Part shown: positions 11,477 through 21,231 of the stretch, one piece after another
Layout of the letters: each line of letters opens with the position of its first letter
Position numbering within the stretch: position 1 is the stretch's first letter
From: a virus
Taxonomy: Duplodnaviria; Caudoviricetes
Direction: 5' to 3' (one strand)
IMG/VR virus record: IMGVR_UViG_3300013121_000029
Location: 133,595 to 197,594 of that record
DNA: 64,000 nucleotides
Made by a program: the position numbers and the translations under genes
Notes under the pieces: generated by a model
Seen by the model: the letters and a program-made list of their open reading frames with translations, nothing else
What the model was told of the DNA's origin: nothing
Database searches by the model: none

Positions 11477-11899
11477 TTAGTCTACCATAATCATGTTATT
11501 TGGATCAATTTTCATTTTAACAATTGCTTTTTTAGCCTTAATACCACCAACAATTGACTCATCAATAATTCCTACTTTATCTAACACATCTGATAGTGAT
11601 GGAATACAACCCATATCATCTAAGACATGTTGTTCAGCAATATCTCTTACACTGATTTGCTTACCAATAGAATTAGTGATATATGGCATCCTTACATAGG
11701 AACCATCGTGCTTGCGTACAATTTCCCCAAAAGTTTGCTCACAGAGAAAAATACCAAAAGCATTATGCAATATAATGCGATGACGCGCATCAGCAACATG
11801 CGCTTTCGTCGAGTCAAACCAATTGTGAATTTCGATGTAGTCTTCGGGGCTACCACCGAACTTGTTTGCAGATATTTTTGCATGGAGTAATGGCTTCAT
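11477..11899 (-). CDS. DUF6915-like protein, paralog of 2889-3248
   Basis: KPLLHAKIS..KFGG.PEDY.EIHNWFDSTK...RHRIILHN...IAEQHVLDDMG.IPS. Confidence 0.7.
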   Translation of the reverse strand: MKPLLHAKISANKFGGSPEDYIEIHNWFDSTKAHVADARHRIILHNAFGIFLCEQTFGEIVRKHDGSYVRMPYITNSIGKQISVRDIAEQHVLDDMGCIPSLSDVLDKVGIIDESIVGGIKAKKAIVKMKIDPNNMIMVD

Positions 11900-11900
11900 A

Positions 11901-14900
11901 TTAATCTTGTGGGTCTACTTTGATGAATCCTGTGGTGAATTCTGTCAAATCAATGCTTGATCGATCGGCAATTTCAGCAACGATACGTGTCAATTCTTTG
12001 ATTTGATCTTCAATACAACGATCCTTACGATAATACCCACTATCATCATGTTGAACGTTTTCACGAATCACTTCTTCTGCTGTTGAGCACCAAGTAGAAT
12101 TTGGATATTTTAATTTTTTATATTGTCTCTTCATTGGTTGGTCCCTCTTCTTTAATTCCAAAAACATGTTTGAGTACACGATTAAGTTCTTCTTTTTGTT
12201 CTTTAGTCCATGGTTTTAACCCTTCTGTTGGAAGTCCTGCAGATCTCATTCTACAAGGACACATAGGTTCATTGTTTACGGGACCGATACATGAACAAAG
12301 ATTAGTCACCACCGCCTCCGCCATCTCCTCCGCCTCCGTCACCCCATCCATCACTCCAAAAGGAATCACTTGAAGATGATTGACCAGAACTATATCCTTT
12401 AACTTTACTAAAAATCCATTTAATAATCTTAATTGTAATATAAACAATTGCTATTGCAAACATACACATGAAAATAAATGACAACATATTATTCATCCTC
12501 TCCATTATCTTCAAAATCTGTTACAGGACGCGGCCATTCACCTTGCAGTTGACCACAATCCAAGCAAGCCTTGATATCAACATAATCTCCACCGCCAATG
12601 CCAAGACCACGTGGAAGATATCCTACATGTTCTTTATTACCAAGTTTCAGAAAATGACAATCATTTGCTTTACTAGTAAGTACTGCCACTCGTGAACTAT
12701 CACAAGATTGACAATTCATTATTTTACCCTCTTAATACGACTATTATACAATATTTTAAGTAACGGAACAAATTTAAAAATGTTCTCTCATCTTAGGATA
12801 CAGAAAAGAACATTCTTCATCCTCACCATTATAGATGGATTCCCACAAGGATAACATTTCATTTGCGCTTTCTTCTGATGCAAAATATTCCGAATCACGA
12901 CTGCCTGGTTCAATAAACCCATTACCATCAGAATAAAGAGTACCAATATACCAACCTGCAGCACTTTTGAGTACTTTCAAATCAGAATATCGTCTTTTAT
13001 CAGCAGGTGAAATATATGGTGCTTCAAATACGAGTAGTGATTTCATTTTAGTTACTCTTAGTTTGTTTAATATAATGTAATGTTTCTTTTTCAGAACCTT
13101 CACAAACTGGCATCCCACCATACTCTGCAACAATCTTTCCTTCATGTCCTAAGAAAACAAATACTTTGGATACATAATACGTGTTTTCTTCTAACAATGA
13201 TTCGTAACCAACTAAAAATACATGTTGACAACGAACTGCATCGTATTTGAGATACTTAAATGCTCCATTCATAGCAAACGACATTTCTGATTTTGCTACA
13301 ATGTAACCATTATTACCTAACGGTTCAATTAGATCAAGAGCATTAAAAGTGGGAGCTAGTTTATTCATCATTTGCCTCAAGTTCTCTCAATTTCCGTTCC
13401 ATTTGATCAGTTTCTTCTCTCAACGCTCTCAATTTATCGTGATTCATTCTGATCTTCGATAACAGACGAGTTTTAATTTCTTCCTTATCTCTACTCACAC
13501 GCAGTTTCCTTTCTGCTTCTGTTTCCTTACGAATAGCGTGAATCTTTACAGTTAATGATGGAGAATGTGAACGTTCGCATTCAATTTTCGTCTTGTGAGT
13601 AAATTCAATAAGATCTTCCCCACATTCCATCTCATATGCTTGACGTACAGCAGTGATGAAATCATTTACCTTTTGGTTTAATTCGTCAAGAGGTAGTTCA
13701 TCATTCCAATTAATACCGACACGTTTCTGAACATCTTCAATGGATTCATAGTAAACGTATTGACATTTAACTTTGTCGAATCTTGGTTTTACGGGATTCC
13801 ACATGTCTATTTTTATCTCCTAATACTTGTTCGTTTTTCATAATTTGGTGAATTGTCATTGGACCTACTTTTGTTTTATACAAATTATTGACACCAAGAC
13901 CATAAGTTAATTGTTGCAAATTATGACGTTGTGCATATTCTACTACTTTATTCATCTTTCTTTTTATTCCTCAAGTTATCAATAAAAATTGCAAGAATAG
14001 CAAGATATACTGTTAGTTCTGCATCATTGTAAGTATATCCTACTGATTTGAAATGGTCTCCAATAAAATACCATACAACATTTACAAAGAGTGTTCCGAA
14101 TAAGAACACTGCTACAAAGGCTTTATTTTCTTCATACAACTCTTTAATAATATTCCACATTTTACGTACCATATATTACTCCACTATGTTAATTTTAAAA
14201 CAATACTTTTTGAACGTTGCTTTGAAACTTTCAAAAAGCAATTTAATACGACTTGGTTTAATACGTGCGAGATATGTTTCATACCATCCCACCATAACAG
14301 GGAGATCTAATTCTTCACACCATTTTTTGAACTCTTCATCTTGCAACATTTGCTCTTCAAGCAATACAATTCTATTTGTACCAATAATATCTAATAGTTG
14401 GTTAACGAGATAATATGGAATTCCAATTATAGTTACCATCAATAGTATTACTAAACTTATACAATTTACTAGAATAGCCAATGCAACTAATACAGTTAGG
14501 AATGGGTCGAAAACCCATTTCATTATTGTTTTACCTGTTTCTAAATTGAAAAGAACCTTAACATCCCATGTGTTAATAACCAAAAGAATGTCTGAACCCA
14601 ACATTATAAGTCCAAGGCAACCTGTTATAATTAATAAACCGTGTGCAAAATGATAAAAAGTACTAATTATAAATTCTTTTACCAGAGAACAAGAATTATC
14701 TAATACATCCACATTGCGGTGCTCTCCGAGAAAGCCACGATGATTATTTACACAATATCTATACAACCATGAACTTTTGGACAGATCCATAATACTCTCC
14801 TACCTCTCTATACGACTATTATACAGAGAAACAATTTTTGATACTATTCAACACGAAGGTAATTCACACCAATGCGTCATTGCTCAAACTTATTCATTTT

Positions 14901-17372
14901 TGTTCCTCGAAGGCATCTTTTTAATTACAATATAACCTCGAGCAAGACATCCACCACCGTCATTGCTCCATGAATTTGATGTCGTCTCACCTTTCTCAAT
15001 TTTAATTACGACATCTCCACGTCGAGTTTGAATTGGATGTTTCTTATAATGTCGATTGCAACGAAGTCTCAATTTTTCTTTATCAATATCACAATCAACT
15101 AATTCTTCATATGTATTAGAACCAAGTTCATGTGATAAAATTCTAATTTCGTATAGTCCAAACATTATTATTTCCTTTAAACTTTTTTATTGCAATAACC
15201 AACAGGAGTATTGTCAATGGTTACAATATAAGTATTAATCCAATCACTCATATCTGGACGATAACGATAATCAGAAGCGTACCATTTTACTTCTATTTCA
15301 CCTTCGTCAGGCCAAATACTATTCTATATTCCCCCACAATGCTTCTTTCAGTTTTTCAATATTCTTTTCCATGTCTACAAATGCTTCAGAACTAGCATTT
15401 GCTTGACCAAATTCATGGGGAGCTTCACCTACCTTAATGGAGGAATCGATTACTTTTTCGATTAGAGTATCAATATACTCTTTCAACTCTGAATCTTGAG
15501 AAAAACAGGCATGAAGTGACCAAGTACGTTTAGAATCAATCATTTTTAAGTTCCTCTTTGTCTTTTGCTACACTATCGAATCCTTTATACCAATATTCTT
15601 CTGCTGGACCTCCTACATAAAAGGAGTTACGATCATATCCTCTCTCGGCACACTGTTTTCCATGATCATAAGCATGTTTATATCTACGATCACGTGCTTT
15701 TATAGGATCATATTTGTTAGTCATTTTTTGCTACTCTCAAGGAGTGCCGTAGCACAAATTCTCATAGATTCTCTAACAAATTCTGAAATACCATGATTAT
15801 AATTATTAGCAAGAGTAAGAGTTTCATTTGCTATTTCAGTATTAGTTTTCTTAATTTCTTTTCGTTCTGGTTGAACCTGCATTATAATTGATACGTCCGC
15901 ATAATCTAAATTTGTAACGTATACATCAAACCCAAACTCTTCATCATAATACATTCCTTTAAGAAGGGTCGGACTCCAAGCATATCCATACTCTGTCGCA
16001 TGCATAATACATTCATTAAACATGACAGTATTAAAGTTCACACCATCCACTTCTTTTAATTGAACAGTAGAAGACCATCCACCATCCTCTGCATAAAGAA
16101 CAGTATAAATTTGACCTGGAGTTAAATATTTTTTACATTTATCTTTATCATGTTGCATGCCATTAACATCAAACGTACGATTGGCACGAATCTTAGTACC
16201 ATAATCTGCATCGAATACTGCAACATCATGTGATGAAATCAATACTAAATGTCCATCAATAATAGTACAGCCTACAATGAAAGGATTTTTATACTCATTT
16301 TGCAAACATAATTGATTTTGTACATTGGTAAAAGTATAGAATTCATCATCTTCTTTCTTTTCGATATCATCTCCAAGATGTTGAATGACGATATGTACAA
16401 GGTTATTATAATGTTTTACAAGTTCTGTAAGTTTCATTGCATTCTCCATTAAAAGCGAACAAGGAAATCATCTAACGATGATTGCTTTTTCCACATTTTC
16501 GTTTCACAAAAATATTTTACATACTCAACTAGGACTACGTCAACGAGTAATAAAAAGGTACTTTGAAACGAAAAACACTATATAATCATCTCTTTAATAA
16601 GACTATTATACAGTGTTAATTATATGAAGACAAGTTGTAGTTATGGACCAGCTACATCATTTAAGAATTTATTTAGGATAATAGTAACGATTACCATGAT
16701 AAAAAGATGGGGGAGAAAAGTATATACAACAGCATCATTGTGAATGGCTAATTGTTGTTTCAATTGAACCATTGCATGAAATAATGTAATCATTCCAATT
16801 AGTAATGTTAATGCGACAGAGAACAATCTCCAATTAGTCATTGTTATATGCCTCATCATAGTTAGGACTATGACCACAATTACAACATTTTAAATAAGTA
16901 AGAGTTGAATTCTTATAGAAGTGTATGTAATTGGTATGTAAATTAAATTTACAAAACAAATTTTGTAACATTATTCACTCCTACCATTATAAGCAATTGA
17001 AATATTGTTATTAGCAAACACTCTCATCATTTTTGCTAATTCTTCTTTCTCAAAAATCTCAATACCAACGCCACCAGCTTTTCTAATTTCTTTTTCGAGA
17101 TTTAATACAAATTCAGCATAGCGAACCGAAAGAACATCAGGATTATTCATAAATGGTTGAGTTTTTTCGAAATTGAGAGTATCACAAATTGCTTTGATAA
17201 TATTCTCAACTTGCTTTTTAGAATTACCATTTACAGTAATTTGATCGTGCCAATATGTGCATTGATTATCTGAATTGGACTGATCAATTTTTCCAGTCCA
17301 GATACCGTGTTCGTTACAGAACATTTCATTTTTTGAAGGAATATACATAAAAATTTCTCTATTTGAATTCAT
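11901..17372 (-). other. block of about 16 small early hypothetical CDS (e.g. 12489-12719 Cys-rich, 12774-13046 SAAGWYIG family, 13048-13380, 13361-13804, 14176-14790 membrane, 15721-16449, 16971-17372)
   Basis: Dense same-strand ORFs with repeated TATAAT promoter cassettes. Confidence 0.6.
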
Positions 17373-17980
17373 ATTATACTCTGTTCAAAAGAAGAAATCA
17401 AGATGGAGTCCCTAGCAAGATTCAAACTACTAACTTTTGCTCTCAATCATGTGCTGCTAAATTTAACAATAAATTACGTCGTAAACATCCTATTAAACCA
17501 AAACAATTTACCCCTGCTAGTGGACCATATACATCAATAAAATATAAACAATGTAATATATGTAATAAATGGTTCTGGAGTGTTAAGAAAAATACATATT
17601 ATAATAGATTGTGCTCTGATAATTGTTTCTATGTTCAGAAAAAACGGAATTGTACAGGTCGTAAGTTTCACATTTATAAAGATTGTTTATTTGAATCAAA
17701 TTGGGAAGTTATTATAGCAACATTTTTCGACGACCACAACATTGCATGGACCCAACCTGATCATTCTATTAAATGGATCGACAGTCGAGGAAAATCACAC
17801 AAATATTATCCTGATTTTTACCTTCCTACTCTTAACATATATGTAGACCCGAAAAATCCGTATGTGATAAGAAAACAACAAGAAAAACTAGCAGCAATAG
17901 AAAAACTATCATATATTCATTTAATATATGGTGATATAACCAAAATTAAATACGAAATATTAAATTTGGCGAAGAAGTAG
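17363..17980 (+). pseudogene. 5'-truncated Cys-rich PD-(D/E)XK (TnsA-like) endonuclease
   Basis: FCSQSCAA, ESNWE, YYPDFYLP..N.YVDPK; no convincing start or RBS; 5' part overlaps an antisense tRNA 3' fragment. Confidence 0.6.
17404..17434 (-). pseudogene. tRNA 3'-end remnant
   Basis: GTAG-TTTGAAT-CTTGC-TAGGGAC-T-CCA (degenerate T arm, acceptor strand, CCA). Confidence 0.5.
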
Positions 17981-18051
17981 GAATTTAACCCACACAAAAC
18001 AGTGCCATGGACACCGTTAAGTAATTCCCAATCGTTATTGGAATTTCCCTC
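17967..18051 (-). ncRNA. atypical tRNA-like RNA with CAU loop
   Basis: GAGGGA/TTCTTC-G-CCA acceptor; 7-bp stem AACGGTG-TCCATGG-CACTGTT; T arm GTGGG-TTAAATT-CCTAC; long D-position hairpin. Confidence 0.5.
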
Positions 18052-18430
18052 ATAAAAACTTTTCTGTTAAGTAATAATGAATATCTGGTGATCTCATCAA
18101 AGATATAGAAGCATTATTAATTTCTATTTTGTAATAGAGATCACTTAACATTAAATACTTAACATGACCTTGATTACAATAACTTTGTATAACATCATTA
18201 TGTTCATACCAAAAATCATTAATGATATGTTGTAATGCACCATTAATTTGTGCTATAATTAAAGGTTCATTTGAATGAGTTAACCATATTCCTTCACTCA
18301 TTTTATTACTTAACCAATACATAATTTGTTGATCAAGTTTTTTAATATAGCCAGCAATTGCTTTGTTTGCACGTGGACGAAGTTGTTCACAAATATAACG
18401 ATCTCGTTCTGCTACTGACATATTTTTCAT
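18050..18430 (-). CDS. hypothetical protein
   Basis: 126-aa ORF between RNA genes. Confidence 0.6.
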   Translation of the reverse strand: MKNMSVAERDRYICEQLRPRANKAIAGYIKKLDQQIMYWLSNKMSEGIWLTHSNEPLIIAQINGALQHIINDFWYEHNDVIQSYCNQGHVKYLMLSDLYYKIEINNASISLMRSPDIHYYLTEKFL

Positions 18431-18437
18431 ATAAGTC

Positions 18438-18516
18438 GTGGGGCCTCGTTACTAAATCTACTTGAGATAACACAATCGGTCAGGCGCTCTTAACATAGGT
18501 TAAGCCATTAACCCAC
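18438..18516 (-). ncRNA. candidate structured ncRNA (about 80 nt)
   Basis: Terminal GTGGG/CCCAC stem, CTTAAC/GTTAAG hairpin, noncoding, GC-richer than flanks. Confidence 0.45.
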
Positions 18517-18525
18517 AAATTTGTA

Positions 18526-18637
18526 AAGCGTTAGCAAGGACATCTGGTATTTGACCACCAAGTTCTTTGGAACACAGGACTTAACTCGAGTATATCCTGC
18601 TGTAGCTCACCTTGTGGAACCTGAACCATTAACGCTT
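18526..18637 (-). ncRNA. candidate structured ncRNA (112 nt), cloverleaf-like
   Basis: 8-bp terminal stem AAGCGTTA/TAACGCTT enclosing four hairpins. Confidence 0.5.
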
Positions 18638-18646
18638 AAAACAATC

Positions 18647-18794
18647 TGGTAGAATCTTCGATTCTCTTACCTACACTTGGGTAGACCAGGAAAAGTGAAC
18701 GGCGTACGCAAACATTCGGTACCAAATGTTCGAGAGTATTTCTACTCACCACGTTCAACAGGCTTAATAGGCTGTTACCTGTTTGCTACATTCT
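18647..18794 (-). ncRNA. candidate CCA-terminated ncRNA (about 148 nt)
   Basis: AGAATGT/AGATTCT-A-CCA ends; internal stems AACAGG/CCTGTT, GAACG/CGTTC, GAGTA-GAAA-TACTC. Confidence 0.5.
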
Positions 18795-18839
18795 TCTCAC
18801 ATCTAACAGCATCTGTGGAAGTATCGTCTTCAATTTTTC

Positions 18840-18915
18840 TGGTTGCCATAGCAAGGATCGAACTTGCGACCAAACGAATATGAATCGTTCGCTCTACCAA
18901 CTGAGCTATATGGCA
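18840..18915 (-). tRNA. tRNA-Met (CAU)
   Basis: Canonical cloverleaf, AACGA-TT CAT AT-TCGTT, encoded CCA. Confidence 0.9.
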
Positions 18916-18923
18916 TTATCAAC

Positions 18924-19063
18924 TATCACTAGCCTTCTAGTTATGGCCTATCTACATTGCCGTGTTTCGGTTTGTGACCGTCACGTAATTGCGGTTAGGG
19001 CAGCTTATTCCCCTTCCTACGATACCAATTAGCGAAATTCTCAAATGCATAATTGGAGTGATA
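18924..19063 (-). ncRNA. candidate structured ncRNA (140 nt)
   Basis: 7-bp terminal stem TATCACT/AGTGATA; arms CCAATTA/TAATTGG, CGTG/CACG, GGCC/GGCT. Confidence 0.5.
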
Positions 19064-19079
19064 CAACTCTTTAAAAAAC

Positions 19080-19153
19080 TGGTAGTCCTGACACGATTTG
19101 AACGTGTGTATCAACTTTATCAGAGTTGTATTCTACCATTGAATTACAGGACT
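19080..19153 (-). tRNA. tRNA-Ile (GAU)
   Basis: CAACT-CT GAT AA-AGTTG; CCA end. Confidence 0.9.
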
Positions 19154-19158
19154 ATATT

Positions 19159-19692
19159 TTATTTATTCAAATATGGATAAGCAATATCCATTATTTCTTG
19201 TTTTGTGTAATTTCTCGATACTGCGTTAGTGCAAACTATAGTCCACAACGATCCGTTTGGACCTGGTAAATTGTCGATATACCCACCTAAATATTTCATA
19301 TATCTTCTCATTATGAAATTATAGATACGCATTCTTTTATCTGTGTGATCTATCGCTCCAAATACTAATCCATCAAATCTAAAATTAGGTATTTCATTTT
19401 TAATAGCATTAAAAATAGCACCAATAATTGCTGCAGATTGTTTATTATTTAATGTAGCCTTATGTGACCATTCTTTTAATTCTTGATTCCATATTTGGAA
19501 ACTAATATGAAAGACCTCTAATTCTTTTATTGGTAATAGATCCAATCGAATTTGATATTCATGTTCACCAGAAGTAAACCGACCAATCTTATTACCATCA
19601 TTGTCTATTGTCCACTTAGTATTAATTTCTGTATTCAATACTTCAGTTAAATTAATTTTAAATTGTTCTTCGACTATTTCTTCCAATTTCAT
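19159..19692 (-). CDS. MKLxE-family late protein, paralog 1 of 3 in tRNA cluster
   Basis: MKLEEIVEE; TATAAATA upstream; RMRIYN motif. Confidence 0.8.
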   Translation of the reverse strand: MKLEEIVEEQFKINLTEVLNTEINTKWTIDNDGNKIGRFTSGEHEYQIRLDLLPIKELEVFHISFQIWNQELKEWSHKATLNNKQSAAIIGAIFNAIKNEIPNFRFDGLVFGAIDHTDKRMRIYNFIMRRYMKYLGGYIDNLPGPNGSLWTIVCTNAVSRNYTKQEIMDIAYPYLNK

Positions 19693-19752
19693 TTACTATC
19701 TCAAGTTTTTTCATAATTATACTTTATTTATAAAATGAAAACAACTTCTATT

Positions 19753-19827
19753 TGGAGCCCCCAGCCAGAATTGAACTGACAAGTACGGATTACAAAACCG
19801 TCATTTTACCATTAGAATTATGGGGGC
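19753..19827 (-). tRNA. tRNA-Thr (UGU)
   Basis: ACGGT-TT TGT AA-TCCGT; CCA. Confidence 0.88.
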
Positions 19828-19832
19828 AAATG

Positions 19833-19907
19833 TGGAGCGTCCACAGAGAGTCAAACTCTGTACACATGAGTGGAAGTCATGTATGTAATCACCAACACCT
19901 TGGACGC
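19833..19907 (-). tRNA. tRNA-Gly (UCC)
   Basis: CATGA-CT TCC AC-TCATG; CCA. Confidence 0.88.
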
Positions 19908-19960
19908 ATTAATCTCTCGGGAGGCTGCATCCTCCCTTCACTCAACAACAATTTGCAGCG

Positions 19961-20137
19961 TTATTGAGTAGTATTCTTTCTACTTTTAATTCCATCAATT
20001 ACACGTCTGATCATATCAACTCCATTAGCCATGCAACCATCATCGTCATCTGGAATAAAAATATAATCCTCACTAGCAAATACCCATCCGTCCTCTAACA
20101 ATAATTGTTTATCTTCCTGTGATATTTGCTTACTCAT
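19961..20137 (-). CDS. small hypothetical protein (58 aa)
   Basis: AAGGA RBS, MSKQISQEDKQLLLEDGW... Confidence 0.55.
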   Translation of the reverse strand: MSKQISQEDKQLLLEDGWVFASEDYIFIPDDDDGCMANGVDMIRRVIDGIKSRKNTTQ

Positions 20138-20154
20138 CTTTATTTCCTTATAAT

Positions 20155-20230
20155 TGGCACCGGCGATGGGAATCTAACCCACCTCGAACTAGTAGACAGC
20201 TAGTTGCCCTCAACAGAGTGCTACGCCGGT
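20155..20230 (-). tRNA. tRNA-Asp (GUC)
   Basis: ACTAG-CT GTC TA-CTAGT; CCA; T loop TTAGATT. Confidence 0.85.
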
Positions 20231-20239
20231 ATAAAAACT

Positions 20240-20313
20240 TGGTAGGACTGCATGGTACCACCCCATGTTCTCAAAGTTAAAAGCTTTGTGCATCATTTTA
20301 ATGCTTCAATCCC
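20240..20313 (-). tRNA. tRNA-Lys (UUU), non-canonical D/T loops
   Basis: CAAAG-CT TTT AA-CTTTG; T loop GGTGGTA; D loop lacks GG; CCA. Confidence 0.8.
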
Positions 20314-20319
20314 ACAATT

Positions 20320-20394
20320 TGGTGGAAACAATAGGACTTGAACCTATAACGCGCAGCTCTTCAGGCTACCGCTCTACCATTGAGCTATGTTTCC
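20320..20394 (-). tRNA. tRNA-Phe (GAA)
   Basis: GTAGC-CT GAA GA-GCTGC; CCA. Confidence 0.9.
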
Positions 20395-20403
20395 GTAATT
20401 CTA

Positions 20404-20910
20404 TTATTTATTTAATAATGGATAAGCAAGTTCCATTATTTCATCTTTTGTAAAGTTTCTTGATACTGCTGGAGTACATACTATAGTCCATAAAGATCCA
20501 TTTGGACCTGGTAAATTTTCAATAGTATTTCCTAAAAATTTTACATATCTATAAGCAATACGATTATATATTCCCATTCGTTGTTTAACGTCCTCAACAG
20601 CTCCAAACACTAATGCGTCAAAATTGTGTTTATATACTTCGTCTGATATCGCATGAAATATAGCACTTATCACTATTATTGCTTGTTTATTAGACAATGT
20701 TGCTGTAATCGACCAATTATTATTAATTACATCCCATTTATCAAATCCGATCTGAATTACGTTAAAATCTTCTATTGGTAAACGTTGTAAATGAATTCTA
20801 TATTGATCTTCCCCACTTACAAATGTTCCGATTTTGTTACCTTTGGCGTCTGTTGTCCAGGTAGTTGGCAGTTTTGTATTTAATGTTTCGGCCAATTCTC
20901 TTAATTTCAT
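20404..20910 (-). CDS. MKLxE-family protein, paralog 2 of 3
   Basis: MKLRELAE; shares NLPGPNGSLWTIVCT.AVSRN with 19159-19692. Confidence 0.8.
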   Translation of the reverse strand: MKLRELAETLNTKLPTTWTTDAKGNKIGTFVSGEDQYRIHLQRLPIEDFNVIQIGFDKWDVINNNWSITATLSNKQAIIVISAIFHAISDEVYKHNFDALVFGAVEDVKQRMGIYNRIAYRYVKFLGNTIENLPGPNGSLWTIVCTPAVSRNFTKDEIMELAYPLLNK

Positions 20911-20955
20911 ATCTTATTTCCGTAATTCTTACACACGAGCTCATCCTACTGTGTT

Positions 20956-20988
20956 GTCAGTTGCAATAGACCACTCTGCCATACTTCC
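20956..20988 (-). pseudogene. 5' half of a tRNA-Ser-like gene
   Basis: GGAAGTATGGCAGAGTGGTCTATTGCAACTGAC, then no anticodon, T arm or 3' acceptor. Confidence 0.55.
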
Positions 20989-20995
20989 ATATATT

Positions 20996-21086
20996 TGGTG
21001 GGACTGCCTGGATTTGAACCAGGATTTGCCATTTATCTGATGCTACGGAGTATAAACCCGCTACTTTACCGTTAAGTTACAGTCCC
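20996..21086 (-). tRNA. tRNA-Ile (UAU) with long variable region
   Basis: GCGGG-TT TAT AC-TCCGT, about 21-nt variable region, CCTGG-TTCAAAT-CCAGG, CCA. Confidence 0.8.
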
Positions 21087-21092
21087 AAATTC

Positions 21093-21228
21093 ATTTTTCC
21101 TTAACCCTCACCTGTTTCGTCTTGGGTTAGTTGGCCCCGCTAAGAGCCTCATCAACAATCTCCATTAAAGTATTCGGTTACATTCTCAAAAACAGGAAAA
21201 TCTAACCTAGATTGTTTCAAGGAAAAAT
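21093..21228 (-). ncRNA. candidate structured ncRNA (136 nt)
   Basis: 12-bp terminal stem ATTTTTCCTTGA/TTAAGGAAAAAT; CCTGTTT/GAAACAGG; AATCTA/TAGATT. Confidence 0.5.
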
Positions 21229-21231
21229 ACT

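Noticed and set aside
12302-12360. CCGCCTCCG low-complexity repeat
   Set aside because: Simply encodes the Gly/Asp-rich tail of a small membrane protein.
21110-21160. Hammerhead ribozyme (TGATGAG...GAAAC on minus strand)
   Set aside because: Core reads UUGAUGA rather than CUGAUGA, and 14 extra nt separate stem II from GAAA.
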